Assembly (NCBI RefSeq): GCF_006345805.1
Contig: NC_043000.1
Coordinates: 101,122,001 to 101,186,000 of the forward strand
DNA from: Octopus sinensis
Lineage: Eukaryota
DNA: 64,000 nt
Reading direction: 5' to 3'
Positions 39,701-53,600 of the stretch are shown here, piece by piece. A model generated the notes under the pieces. That model worked only from the letters and a program-made list of their open reading frames with translations. It searched no databases and was not told the DNA's origin. The stretch's first letter is position 1. Every line of letters starts with the position of its first letter. Position numbers and translations under genes: made by a program.

Positions 39701-40747
39701 CAACAATGTAGGCCCTTAGAAAAAAATTAAAAAAAAGAACACAGGCATGACTGTGTGGTAAGAGGTTTGCTTCCTAACCACATGGTTTTAGGTTTTAGGT
39801 GCAGTCCCATTGTGTGGCACCTTGGTCAAGTGTCTTCTGCTGTAACCCCAGGCTGACCAAAGCCTTGTGTGAGGATTTGTTAGGCAGAAACTGAAAGAAG
39901 CCTAGCATAAATAGATATAAATGAATACATATATATCTTTGTATTTGTGTCTGTCACTTTCACTGTTTCACTGCTAGTGTAGGTTTGTTTACGTCCCCAT
40001 AATTTAGTAGTTTGACAAAAGAGACCAATAGAATAAGTACCAGACTTTAAAAAAAAAACCCAATACTGATGTTGATTTGCTTGACTAAAACATTTCAGTG
40101 TGGTGTCCCAGCATGGCCACAACCCAGTGACTGCAGCAAGTAAAAGAAGAAACCTAGTGAATTTAATTCCATGTGTGCTCACTCCATCCTCATTTTAGAA
40201 ATCAGTTTTGGCTTACTGTATTATAGAGTTGGAGTCTTTCCATATAAGCGCTTCATGTGTTAACCAGCTGATCAAGATTTGAATCATGTAGTAATTTGAG
40301 GAACCAATAAATCAAAATATAAACCATCTGATCACCATTGTTAAAGATGTGAACATTGTACATTCTAATGTAGTCTTAACTGTACACATAAATTTTATGT
40401 ACCTCAACTGTCAAAAATAAGTACCATGTTCATGTGCATTCTAAGAGAGATTTACTGTTCTTATCTGCTTAAAACCATGAAATTTGAAACTAAGCATGGA
40501 TTCTTAAAAACTATTTGGAGGTTTGGGAGACATATTTTTGTTTACATCATTATTGTCATTAGTGGATCCACTTTGTCACAAGTATTTAGACCAAGTTTTC
40601 TGTCTTAGAATAAATTATTCACATCAGTCTTGGAGACCCTGTAAATGATTGTAGGCTCACCCATCCACTTCTGACTAAGCCAATACATGCATACATACAT
40701 ACATCCCTACCCATCCCCACACTAGTGTATTTGTGCATCCTCCTCTC

Positions 40748-40794
<47 letters not shown>

Positions 40795-42038
40795 TAATAT
40801 GCCTGTATATATATATTTGTGTGTGTGTGTGTGTGTGTGTGTTTATATTTATGCACACACACACTGTTGCACATATTAGTTATGTTTAGTTTGCTTTTAT
40901 GTTTTATAGTACATTAAGTACGAATTTCTGTTTTGGTTATTTATTTTATTTAATTTATATTTTTAATGGCTACAACTCTTTGATGGTGTATTTGTTTTAA
41001 CTTTTTCATAGTTCATTAAGCAATAAAGTCCCACCCTTTTTGCGTGATTTTATTTGTGTTTAGTAACTTAAGTAGGTGTCAACATAATGACCTTATGTTT
41101 GACCTCTGCTTCAAGCCTGTTATTCTCATGCAACATTTATATTTTTACATTGTTAGGAAGGGCAGATTGAAAGGTATGAATTGTCCTGCCCAAGTGTCAA
41201 AACAGTAAAGAATTCTGATAGGCAGCTGATGAGAGGATGTCTGTGTTGTCTTTATGTGTTTTTTGTTTTGAGCTTAACTTAACATTTCAGTGTTGTCATC
41301 TATTGTGATCTTGTGTTCTGATGGGGGTTCATCTATTGTTTTTGACTAGCCTGAATGGAATGTTTACTTTATTTTATAAATTGATTACAGAGGGTGAATG
41401 ATAAGTATCTGTTATCAACAAGGTTTTGTTTTGACCATTTTAGGGTGTTAATTCATCGTAATTTTGTAAATTGGCTTTTACAGTTAGTGCTAGCCATATT
41501 TATTATAGTGCTTTATTTATTTATTCTTTATCAATAATGTATTGTAATTTTTCATAATAATTTTACTCCGATATTTCCCTAATTATTTTAATTTTCTTTC
41601 TCTCATTTTTCCTTCTAAACTATCTTGTTCATTTTTCATTTGTTTTCCTCATTTTTGTTTCCATTTTTCTTCTTTCCTTTCTTCTTTCTATTTGTTCACC
41701 TAATGTTCACTTCTATTGCATTCCTTTTGCCCCTCATCACGCCTCACAAACTTTTTTCTCTCATAGAACTAAAAATTGTTTTGCACCAGCTTTGTAATGT
41801 ACTCTCTTGCTCCTTGCTTGTTCATAACTTTCTACTGTATTACAGCATCCAACACCCATACCCCTACATGTAGACCCATCATCCTCTCCCCCACATTCCT
41901 CTTGCCTTTCCTTTTATCTCATGCACTTGCATGCTCTACCTGGCCCCTAACCTGTCAGCTGTTTCTCTCTCTCTCTCCCTCTCTCATCAACCACTCTTCC
42001 TCTTTCACTCTACCTTTACTTTTTTCTATACTTTCCTT

Positions 42039-42072
42039 CTGATGAAGGACTTGTGCCCAAAACATACGAGTC
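42039..42072 (+). ncRNA. Decayed hammerhead-like motif in a pyrimidine-rich repeat (probable Penelope terminal repeat)
   Basis: CTGATGA-AGG-ACTTGTG-CCC-AAAAC-ATACGA-GTC; GAAA reads AAAA, consistent with CpG decay of CGAAA. Confidence 0.35.
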
Positions 42073-42630
42073 ACTTTCCCTTTTACACGCATTGTCTAAT
42101 ACAACATTTGTTAAAACTTGTCCCGCCTGTGCTGTACTTTCACTTTTTGTTTTTTAAATTGCTCTCTCTCTCTCTCACTCTCTCCCTATATATATATATA
42201 TATATATATATACAGAGAAAGAGAGAGAGAGGAACTGATTATACACTGTATGAGGAAGACAAGTGTCTTACATAGGAAGCTTGGCAATACTTTGTGTAGA
42301 CCAAGTGATTAAGAGTTAGGAGTATGTGTTTGCTGCTAAACAATTTACTCATGAAGTTATTAGATCATAGGCAAAAATATTTATGCTGGTCATTATCCTT
42401 TTACAGCTGTTTCATTTCTTTATTCCCAAATTGCCTTTTGACATAGGTCTCACTTCCTATTAATGGTTTTTATGGATTCCATTCTGATAAAAGGAAGCGA
42501 TACCAACATAAATGCAGTCCATTGTTTTGTTTCCGCTACAAATCTGCCTAATTGATGAATTGTGTAGAGAGACCAGTTTTATGTAATAATTCTTATATAT
42601 ATATATACATACATACATGCATACACACAG

Positions 42631-42709
<79 letters not shown>

Positions 42710-42950
42710 TTGTGTGTAGATGGGTTAATAGGTAGATAGATGTATATGAATATTTCATGACGCTCTTGACTACTTTTTTCACCTTCAATTTATTTCTCTT
42801 TGTTGTGCTTCTAAGCATCTGAATTATGCATATTCATATATGCATTTACATGAGTACACTTTCTTGCATGCACACATACACACAAACATACATAAATATA
42901 TATACAAATATATCTATATGTATCTATATATACGTACATACATACATACA

Positions 42951-43017
<67 letters not shown>

Positions 43018-43803
43018 CTATTAATATGTATATCAATTGATTTATATGTTTGTATGCTTGTCTGTGTTTATATGCATGTAAACAAGTGCATAAACTAATG
43101 TATACTTGCTTGAAGGAAATTGATTGTAATGAACTATATAGATAGATAGATGGATAGATAGACAGATAGCTATACATAGGTATATGCGTGTGTGTGAGCA
43201 TATAGAAAAATGTGCAGTTCTGTGTGTCTGCATGGGTGTGGGGGGTGTATTTACTACTGGGGTTTTGAGCAAAATGCATTATCTGCAAATACTTTTCTAG
43301 GCCAGAAAGTTAAAGAGAACACATAAGAGAAAGTGTTGCAATTAATGTAGAGCCTAATAGAGTTGGAAGCTGCTTTATTGTCAGAACAAATAGAAGTGAA
43401 AGTGGTTTAACAGAGTTATGGTACCTTGCTACAAAAGGCAACATGTAACATTTTGGGGCCAGAAGGTTTATAACAGCAATGAAAATAAAAAAAACAAATA
43501 CAAAAAGACCAAAATGGAATTGGTGAATGCTAGCAAAATTCTAAGCAATCTGCAATATCTGAAAAGTAGTAAAATTGTAAATAGACTAAGAGGTTGCATG
43601 GTTAAGAAGTTTGTCTCATGACGGTATGGTTTCAGTTTCAATCCCACTGCATCAAACCTTCGGCAAAAGTTTTCTGCAATAGTCCTGGGCTGATCAAACC
43701 TATTGTGAGTGGAGCTGGTACAGAGAAAGATGACCATTGTGAGTATATATATATATATATATACACACATGAGTGTATATATATATACACACACAGACAT
43801 ACT

Positions 43804-43847
<44 letters not shown>

Positions 43848-45936
43848 TATATCATCATCATCACCATCATCGTTTAACGTCTGCTTTCCATGCTGGCATG
43901 GGTTGGATGGTTTACTTTGTATTGTCTGTCTGGATGTTTTGCATTCTTGTCCCATTTTTGCATTTTTTATATATAAAAATATAGCGGCATGAATGCACTT
44001 TGGTCTCATGTATGTAAGTATATATATATATCTAAATTTTGTATGACTCTATTATTCTTTCTATTCTTTCATTCTTCCCATCTTTCTATGAGCCCCTTCA
44101 CACTTCGTTCATTCCACTCTTCATTCTTTCATTCCCCCTCTCTCACATTTCCTAGCCTTTTCTTCATGCTCACCTTCCCGCTTTCACTTCACTCTGTCCC
44201 TTTCATTTTTTCTCGCCCCTCCTTAATTCTTCTATCCTTCTGCCTCTACCTTTCTCTCTTTTCTCCCACGTGACTGGTGTTTGGCCAAGCCTGACCTTTC
44301 TTTCTTGGTTCAACTACCATCCACACAACATCTATGTCCCTTCCTGTGCCTGCCGTAAGGCTTTACTTCCACACACGCCAGCTTAATTTAATTCATCCTT
44401 AGTCGAAAGACACCTGTTGTTATGTCCTGTTATTTGTATTTGTGTACTATTTCTCCATTTTTTTCTGGCCTTGTTTTCATATACATTTGCTTAATCTAGT
44501 GTTGTTAGCTTAGTTTTTCCTTGGGACTAGCCAGATTGGAGCAATCTCGAGTATAACCAACCGAAATTGCAAAGATAATCTGGAACTCGACTGAGGAAAG
44601 AAAACTCTAAATAACCCGTCCTTGTTTTCTTTGTATTGTCTGTCTGGTTGTTTGGTTGTCCCTTTTTTGTATCACCTGTCTGGATGGTTTGTGTTCTTCT
44701 CCCATTTTTGTATTTATTGTATGTAAATATATCATCATCATCATTATCGTTTAGCGTCCGTTTTCCATGCTAGCATGGGATGGATGGTTCGACCGGTGTC
44801 TGGGAAGTCAGGAGGCTGCACCAGGCTCCAGTCTGATCTGTCAGTGTTTCTACAGCTGGATGCCCTTCCTAATGCCAATCACTCCGTGAGTGTAGTGGGT
44901 GCTTTTACATGCCACCGTCACAGGGGCGAGAGGAGGCTGTCAACAGCCACAATAAGTTGGTGCTTTTTATGTGCCACCAGCACAGAAGCCAGTCAAGGCA
45001 GCACTGGCATTGGCCACGTTCAGATGGTGCTTTTTACGTGCCACTGGTACAGGTATCACAAATACTATACTAGGTCTGAAAATCAAGGTAAAGCTGTGTT
45101 GTACATGTCCATTCTAGGACTGACAATCATGGTAAAGCAATGCTGAAAAGTGTCCTATCTAAGGTTGAAAATTAAAGATATCACTGTGTCTTCTTTTGTA
45201 TGAGAATTTAAAAAATTTTTCTTTGCTGGAAACAAACAGCGAATGCACTATGCTGTACAATGTTTGCTCTGCTTCTCTATGTGAGTGTGTGTCTGCGTAT
45301 CAATGTAGTACAAGAGCATCCATTGAAAAAGCTAAAATTGACTTTATCTTTTATTTGAATTGTATAATGCCTATTGACTATTGAGTAAAATATAAAATCA
45401 TAGTAAAATATATTGGGTATCAATTTGTGCAAATCTGAGTTTATAGAAGAGTTCAATAAGTTCAGTTGCCATGAGCAAATAGTGGTTTTGTTGCTTCAGT
45501 CTGGAAGCTAGCTGAGAGTGAGTATATGGAATGGATGGAAAGAATAATGCTGAGATTGATATGGGAAGTGAGTGTGAGTTTTTTGTTCTTGTATTCAATA
45601 TTTCAGATCGTGATTTCTCAACAGTAGAACCATTCTTTTATCCTTAATTTCTTACTTGTTTCTCTTATTGGATTGCAGCCATGCTGGAGCTCTGCCTAAG
45701 TTACAGGGCTGCAAACAAACCAGCACCAGTTGTTAAACAATGGAGAGCACAGTTACAAACATACACACACACATATATTACATATAACCTGTTTTATATA
45801 TATATATGCAGACACACATATATAGCCCATTATATATATGTGTGTGTGTGTTGACTTTTCTCATTGTTGATGCCATTCTCTAAACAGGCACAATTGTAAT
45901 TCTTTTCCAAATAAATTCCACTTCGTATTCAAGGCT

Positions 45937-46007
45937 CTGATGAAGCTACAAGCTTATTCAGGCACTCAACTATGAGTCCACTGCATCTTATAGTAGAAAC
46001 AGCTGTA
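45937..46007 (+). ncRNA. Minimal type I hammerhead ribozyme motif with perfectly palindromic stem III
   Basis: CTGATGA (45937-45943) ... GAAACAGCTGTA (45996-46007). ACAGCTGT is self-complementary, the triplet is GUA and stem I GGCT/AGCT pairs 4 bp. The base of stem II is imperfect (TAC/GTA and AAG/CTT pair, but no G10.1-C11.1). Confidence 0.55.
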
Positions 46008-47000
46008 AGCTAATGGAGTTCATAAGTTGAACATTTATTCCTTTGTCATCTCTCTTACATATCACATGGTTTCTGTTTAAACAAATTCTCTCACAAGGCA
46101 CCAATTGGCTTGGGCACTACAGTAGTACTAAACCAGAAACCACATAGTTGCAAAGCATGGTTCTTAACCACACATCATGTCTATACCTATTGCCAACACT
46201 CCACTCTTTCTTTTGTCTCTCTTTTTTCCCCCTCTTTCTCTTATGACAAAGGACTACAATCTGAAACATTTAACTCTCCCCTGTAGCTTCCTTTCATTGT
46301 AAAATTAACTATCTCATACTGTTGTTTTTGTTGCTTCTTTTTCCTTCTTTCTGAAATCTTTTACTATAAATTCATTTTTTTTTGTCAAAGCATTTATTGA
46401 AACAATTAAGAGTTAGCCATCATTTTAATCTAATAAAAAATAAAGAGAACCTCTATAAATATATCAGTAATGCATTGTTAGAAATTTATCTTTAAAATTT
46501 CCATTTAGAAACAAAGTAAATACTGTCTAAAGTGGAAATTAGTTTCTGATTAAGTCTGGAAGTTGTCCAAAATTCATCACAATAAATTAGTGAGTAACAC
46601 CTGTACACAATTTGCAGTATAGTGAATTATTTATTTATTTATTTATTTCATAATGCATTTTTCTGAACAGTAGCCACATTGTTGGTTACAAGGTTTCAAT
46701 AGGAGACATTCAATGTTTACTGTATTAAGGTTGGTGCAAATTTTAAGGGCAGGTTTTGTCTGTGCAATTAGGGCAGAATACAATGCTACACAGTACATCC
46801 ATTCAAAAGTGTAATTTTATCAGTTTTCTTAGCAATATACGGCAGCAAAAGATGCATACACACATACAAATGCACAACACACACACAGGCACTAACACAC
46901 GAACAGATATACACATTCATACCATCATCCTCATTTTACATCTGCTTTCCATGCTGGCATGGGTTGGAATCTATCAATCTATCAATCTATCTATCTATCA

Positions 47001-47076
<76 letters not shown>

Positions 47077-47099
47077 CTCTATCTCTCTCTCTCTCTCTC

Positions 47100-47151
<52 letters not shown>

Positions 47152-47963
47152 ACATCATCAGCATCAATTAACGTCTGTTTTCCATGTTGGCATGGGTTGG
47201 ACAGTTTGACAGGAACTGGCAAACCAGAAAACTGTGCCAGGGTCCATTGTCTGCTTTGGCTTAGTTTCTACATTTGGATGCCCTTCCTAATGTCAACCAC
47301 TTTCAGAGACCCGTCCAGCTTCTAGCCCTACTGTGTAATATTTGTATTACCAATGCCTATTGTATATTTTCACTCATCCTGCCAAAATTGAAACAGCTTT
47401 ATGTACAGCATGGGGAATGAGCCTAATCTTTTATAAGTACAGTGATAATTCAGTATAAAACCTTTCCATAAAAATTCCCTTGCAGTTACCTATGAATGGT
47501 GTTCTAAATTGGAACAAAGATTTGGGTTTAGGCAATTTTCAAGCAGAATCAAAGTGGCACAGTGTGACAAACTATCTCTTTAAATTACAGATGCAGTCTA
47601 TCCAATGTGTTTCTACACATATTCTGTGTATTCATTTTCAGTTACAACGCTTATCCCAAAGCTATAGTATAAAACATTTAACTAAGATCCTCAAAAATAT
47701 AAGAGGAAGCATTAAGCAACTTAAGAATTGAATTTAATATATTATATTATTTTATTGGTTTCATGCAGGGGTACCACTAACCTTGATGTGTATAGTTGAT
47801 TACATAAATCTTAGTATTTCTAGACTGCCATATCATGTTAGAAATGTTGGTTCTCATCTATTCCCCAAAGTTAAGCATCAATGAACCTAGATTTGGCTTG
47901 TAGATGATTCAGTGCTTTGGAAACTTAGGTCCTATATAACCACCTTTAAAGTTTCAATCTTAA

Positions 47964-48183
47964 CCCTTTCATTACTGTATTTATTTTGAGATGCTCTGTG
48001 CTTCTTTCAATTACTTTAAATATAACAAAGAATTTAGTAAAATAACTTAGTTATCATTCAGCTAGTGTTAAGAACATAAATTGTGACTAAGGTTTGGTGG
48101 AAGATTTTAGTTCAAAACTTTTGAAAACAAGATATTTGTACTCAGAGCCAGAGCCGGTTTCAGCCAGGTTGGTAATGAAAGGG
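47964..48183. mobile_element. Intact 220-bp piggyBac-type MITE
   Basis: TTAA target duplications (47960-47963, 48184-48187) flank perfect 12-bp TIRs CCCTTTCATTAC / GTAATGAAAGGG. Confidence 0.85.
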
Positions 48184-48797
48184 TTAAAGTGTCTGTGAAA
48201 GCCATGAATAAAGCCACTCCCTCCTAATCTTAGAAGCAGAAAAGATTAAAAATTAAAAAAGGGAAAATATCTTAAGCAAGATTTGAGTTCAAAATATAAA
48301 AATGTTTAACATAATCTTACCATCAAAAAAGTTTTTTTGTTTCAGTCTTAAACATAGTTTTTGAATTTTATAAATTATTTATATATTATTGGGAAGAGCA
48401 GAAAATGTAAACTTCATGCCAGCTAATGACTCAATCCATTAAAAATTGATGTTGTGATGCTGGTACGACTGATTTCAATACACTTTTATCTTGGGCTTTT
48501 AAGCAAGAAATTTTTTCACACTAAGATTGAATATATACATTAATTGAATTTCAAAAAGAAAGTCAATACATCATTAAAATGCATATTTTTCAAGCATTAC
48601 AATGCAATTACTGAATCAGTACAGGGTCTTATGGTTTCAAAACTGTCAGCTTACAATCTATCCACAAACATGAATCTGTATAACCTCACCATGCAAACAC
48701 AAACATGCACGAGTAGTTGTGGTTGGATATGTAATTTGTGAATGTAGATGCAATTAAGTGTATGCAGGTGTGAGTGAGTATGTATGTGTGTGTGTGA

Positions 48798-48829
<32 letters not shown>

Positions 48830-50422
48830 TTAGGTTTGGTGATGCAAACAGGAAAATAGAACTACAAGCATGAGTATATAAATGATTTTCGTTAATAATT
48901 GACAGAAGTTACAGTGACTCAAGGGCTGAGAGTTTTGTGTGTTGACACTTATCAAACCATACATGTGTGTGTGTGTTAATATATATAACCTGTACCTACT
49001 GAATCAAAGGGATGCCACCTCTTGCCATTTTTGAACAAGACAATCACATAACTTCAACTGCTGTCCAAACTGAAATTTTGGTGGCACATCTATTTGAGCA
49101 CTCAGAATGTATACCTACTAGGTTGAGTCATCTTGACAAAAATTCCTCATATTCTTTCTCTCTTTCTCTCTCTTTCTCTCTCTCTCCTCTCTCTCTCTCT
49201 CTCTATCATATAAATATATATATATAATTCAAGTAATATCACATCTCTTTTACTCGTTTCAGTCATTTGACTGTGGCCATGCTGGAGCACCGTCTTTAGT
49301 CGAGCAAATCGCCCCCAGGACTTATTCTTTGTAAGCCTAGTACTTATTCTATCGGTCTCTTTTGCCAAACTGCTAAGTTATGGGGACGTAAATCCACCAG
49401 CATCGGTTGTCAAGCAATGTTGAGGAGAGAAACACAACACACACACACACACATATACATATATACGACGAGCTTTTTTCAGTTTCCATCTACCAAATCC
49501 ACTCACAAGGCTTTGGTCGGCCTGAGGCTTCAGTAGAAGACACTTGCCCAAGGTGCCATGCAGTGGGACTGAACCAGGGACCATGTAGTTCGTTAGCAAG
49601 TTACTTACCACACAGCCACTACTATGCTTACATCTGATGATATAAAGTAATAGGTACATACAGCTAGTGCTCAAGGCTGACTTGCTGCCTAAAATTCCAG
49701 CTGCAACTAAAAGTGGGGATGGTATAGCTGCTTGATGATGATTGCCTATAAGCAGTTTATCAGTTGAGCATGTACAAGCGTATAAAAGGATAAGAGTATA
49801 AACAAGCAAACAACTATATTGGGTTAGATTATGACAGATCTTTTAACAAGATGTCTGAATTGTTACATGAGTAGAGATCATAAGAAGGGAGGAAGTAATA
49901 AGGTATGCAGAAAATCTACAGCTGTTTCAGGAATAATGTGCATATGGTGTATCTTGTACAAAATAAATATATAACAGCAATCTGTTATATAAATAAATAT
50001 ATAACAGCAAATGAGATATAGCAGTGATCTGTTATATTTTTGGAGGAGGAATGTGGTAGAATCTTAGCAGAAAACTTTGCTAAACAGCTATTGTGGAGTA
50101 TAGAGAAAGGTTAAAAGAAGAAGAGGCAGAGAAAATAAGGTTGTATTAATATGAGGATAGATAGAAACTAACAATCATATCAAGGGATAGATATATGAAT
50201 TTCTAGAGTCAGTGGAATATATATAAAGAGGAATGATTCATATCTGTATGAGTAGGGAGAGGGGATGCTAAGTGGTCTAGGGTGAAGGAAGCCATATGTA
50301 AATGGTGATAGCCAGCTAGACTGGCCATGTCAGGTGGGGGGTGATGTACAAGATGCATACTGTCTACTGTAGTTTAGCATGGTTGTCAGTGCAATGTATG
50401 TGGGACAGAAAGGGTTATGTTA

Positions 50423-50654
50423 AGGCGGTGAGCTGGCAGAAATGTTAGCACGCCGGAAGAAATGCTTTGTGGTATTTTGTCCACCACTGCATTCTGAGTT
50501 CAAATTCCACCGAGGTCGACTTTGCCTTTCATCCTTTCAGAGGCGATAAATTAAGCACCAGTTATGCACTGGGATCGATGTAATCAACTTAATCCATTTG
50601 TCTGTCCTTGTTTGTCCCCTCTATGTTTAGCCCCTTGTGGGCAATAAAGAAATA
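50423..50654 (+). mobile_element. Full-length SINE family A with 16-bp target-site duplication
   Basis: AGAAAGGGTTATGTTA at 50407-50422 and 50655-50670 flanks the element. Confidence 0.9.
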
Positions 50655-53600
50655 AGAAAGGGTTATGTTATGTATAGGATTTTAAATATAGGGTCTTTGG
50701 ATGTTGAATCTCATGGAGGTAGTGACAAGTGATGGGGCTGTTGATGATTTGCTATGCCTGAGAAGACACCGTCATGCTTAGTGAAATTGTAGTCAAGGCT
50801 AGTACAGGTGACACGTTAACAGTACCCTTGTGCTGGCAACACATTAAACTTTGCAGAGTGGTTGGCATTATTAAAGGGCATCCAGCTGTAGAAACCAGGC
50901 CAAAACAGACTGAAACCTGGTACAGCCCTCTGGCTTAACAGTTTCAGTCAAACCATCTAACCCATGACAACATGGAAAATGGATGCTAAATGATGATGAT
51001 AGGATGTTGAGAGGTAATGTAGGTATCGGATTATAAACCATCTAACTACAATTGAGTTCAGATGTCATGGAAGCACACTTGAGATGTCTGTGTTTGTTGA
51101 TACTTAAACAAAAATGAATTATTTATTGTAAACTATAATAATGGGCTTATTTTGCCATCACACTTTAATCTCTCAACACCTGGTATACAACCATTATTTC
51201 TCTTCCTCCTCTCAAATACTAACTCTCCCATTTAGAAGAGAAAGCTTTTCCTTTCTTCCCTTTTTCTTTTTTCCATTTCTTTTATGTTTCACAAGATATT
51301 TGGCAACCTCACAAAGAAAAAAAATGCAGCCAGTACAATTTGTAAAGTGGTTGCTGATAGGAAGAACATCCAGCTATGGAAACCATATCAAAAGCTGACA
51401 TTGGAGCTTTACACAGTCCTAAGGCTTGCTGGATCATGTCAAACCATCCAGTCCATGCCAGCATGGATAAATGGAAGGTAAATGAAGACAAAGATGATGA
51501 TAATATGTATCTATTTATCTATCTATATATGTGTCTGAGTGTGCCATGTGTGTGTATTTATATATATGTGTATGTGTGAGTGGTGACATGTAAAAGCCCC
51601 TGTACAGTGCCATGTAAAAGGGCTGTGTGGTGCCATGAAAAAGCACCCATGCAGTACCACATAAAAGTGGTTTGCATCAGGAAAGGCATCTAGTTGTAGA
51701 AACCATGCCAAATCAGACTGGAGTCTGGTACAAACACCCCCCCACTCCCAGCTTGCCAGCTCTGTTCACATCGTCCAACCCATGCCAGCATGGACAATGG
51801 ACGTTATATGATGGTGATGATGATGATATATTTGCACACACTGATATTCTTTTGGTTGCATCCTTAGATAAATAATGATGGGAGGCATCTACAAGACTAA
51901 TTCAGCTGAGCTTGCTGACTAAGAAAGAAAGCAAGTTTTTGCACTCTATACAGTATATTTTTCTATGATTATTTCTTCTTCTTCTTTTTCTTCTTCTTCT
52001 TCTTCTTCTTCTTCTTCTTCTTCCCTTTGTACTTTCTTTTGTCATTTCCTCTTTCATCTCCTTTCTTTTCTTTCTTATTATTGTATGTTTCACACAAAGG
52101 AGAAATGTTTTGTTCCGTATTGAAAAGTTGGTCTCGTTTGATTTATGTATTATATAACATATACACATAAACAGTGACAACTAATAAACAAACAACAGGT
52201 GGGGGATGTGTGTGTGTGTGTGTGTGAGGGATTTCCTCCTCCCCGCCTTCCAGTTAAAGCTAGCTTTTGATGCAACACTTGTATATCATTATAATAATAA
52301 TAGTTGTAGTAATAATAGTAGTAGTGGTAGTAGCAGCAGCAGTGGTGGCTGTAGCAGGTGTGGCGGTGGTGGAGGGGGTGGTGGTGGTGGTAAGATAATG
52401 GTGATTGTTTACTACTAAATTTGAGTGGCTTTGGTATTGTAGTGTTAATTTAACAAGCAATATAGTTAATTGATAAATATTGTTTTATAAACTTTAGAAT
52501 CGAAAAAGAAAAGAAAAAAAAAACACAAAACGAAAAGGAAACAAAACAAAACAAAAAGAAAACAAAAAACAAAAAAAACTACAATGTGAATATAAACTGA
52601 ATTTAGTTGACAATATTGTTTATTTTTTTTTTAAATATGAAGAGGAATGAAAGAAAATATACAATAAATAATCTAAGCATCTTATTTATTTCGTTAAAAG
52701 TCATTTAATGTCATACTCTGTCAAATACAAAAAAGCAAATACAATAATGATGATGATGATGATGATGATAACAACAACAATAGTTGTAATAAAATTCAAA
52801 CGCTAATGTATATTTATTTTTACATTTTTTTGTTTTTGTATCTATATTGTTGCATTCTTAGCAAAATGTCTTTAAAGATTTATTTTTCACTTAGGAATTA
52901 AACAAAATAAATAAATAGATAAATAAAATAGAATAAGATTAAAGAAGAGTAGAAACAAAATGTAAATGTTTTTTTTTAACATCAAAAAGAGTCAGAGTGA
53001 AGCTTTTAACAAATCTATATGAATGTGTGTGTGTGTGTGTGTGTTGTTGTTGTTGTTCAGCACTCCAGTTTGCCCTGTCCAAGCTGACCTCTGACCAAAA
53101 ATGACTGATCCCTATTTCTTTGAAATTTGATGTAGGCATGGTTATATGGTTAAGAAGTTTGCTTCATAACTGTATAGACAGTAATGTGCAGTTTGAGGGG
53201 TGATTTAGTTGCTGTTTCCAGCAAGTTGAGAAAGCTCATGAAAACACTCCTATGTTGATTGGTATTGTTTACCCCATCCCTCCAACAGCTAGATCTAGGT
53301 TTGTTGAAAACTCAACTAACCAAATTTTTGTACTCTTGTAAACAGTGCCACTGGGCAAGTGTCTTCTACTATAGATTTGGGCCAAAGAAAGTCTTATGAA
53401 AGGATTTGGAAGATGGAAACTGAAAGAAACCCATCGTGAGTATATATATATATATACATATATATATATGCATATATCTATGTGTGTGTCTGTGTTTGTT
53501 CCCCACCACTGCTTGACAAGTAGTGTTGGTGTGATTACATCCCTGTAACTTAGCAGTTCAGCAAAAGAGACCGATAAAATAAGCACCAGTCTTTAAAATA

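Noticed and set aside
41195-41240. AAAACAGTA followed by CTGATGA
   Set aside because: No pairing stem I or II could be drawn in this copy.
45500-45567. Candidate exon with good splice sites (WKLAESEYMEWMERIMLRLIWE)
   Set aside because: The frame runs on through the donor into VSV and resembles the RTE-clade LINE motif W...MERxMLRxxxxVSV, so a LINE relic is at least as likely.
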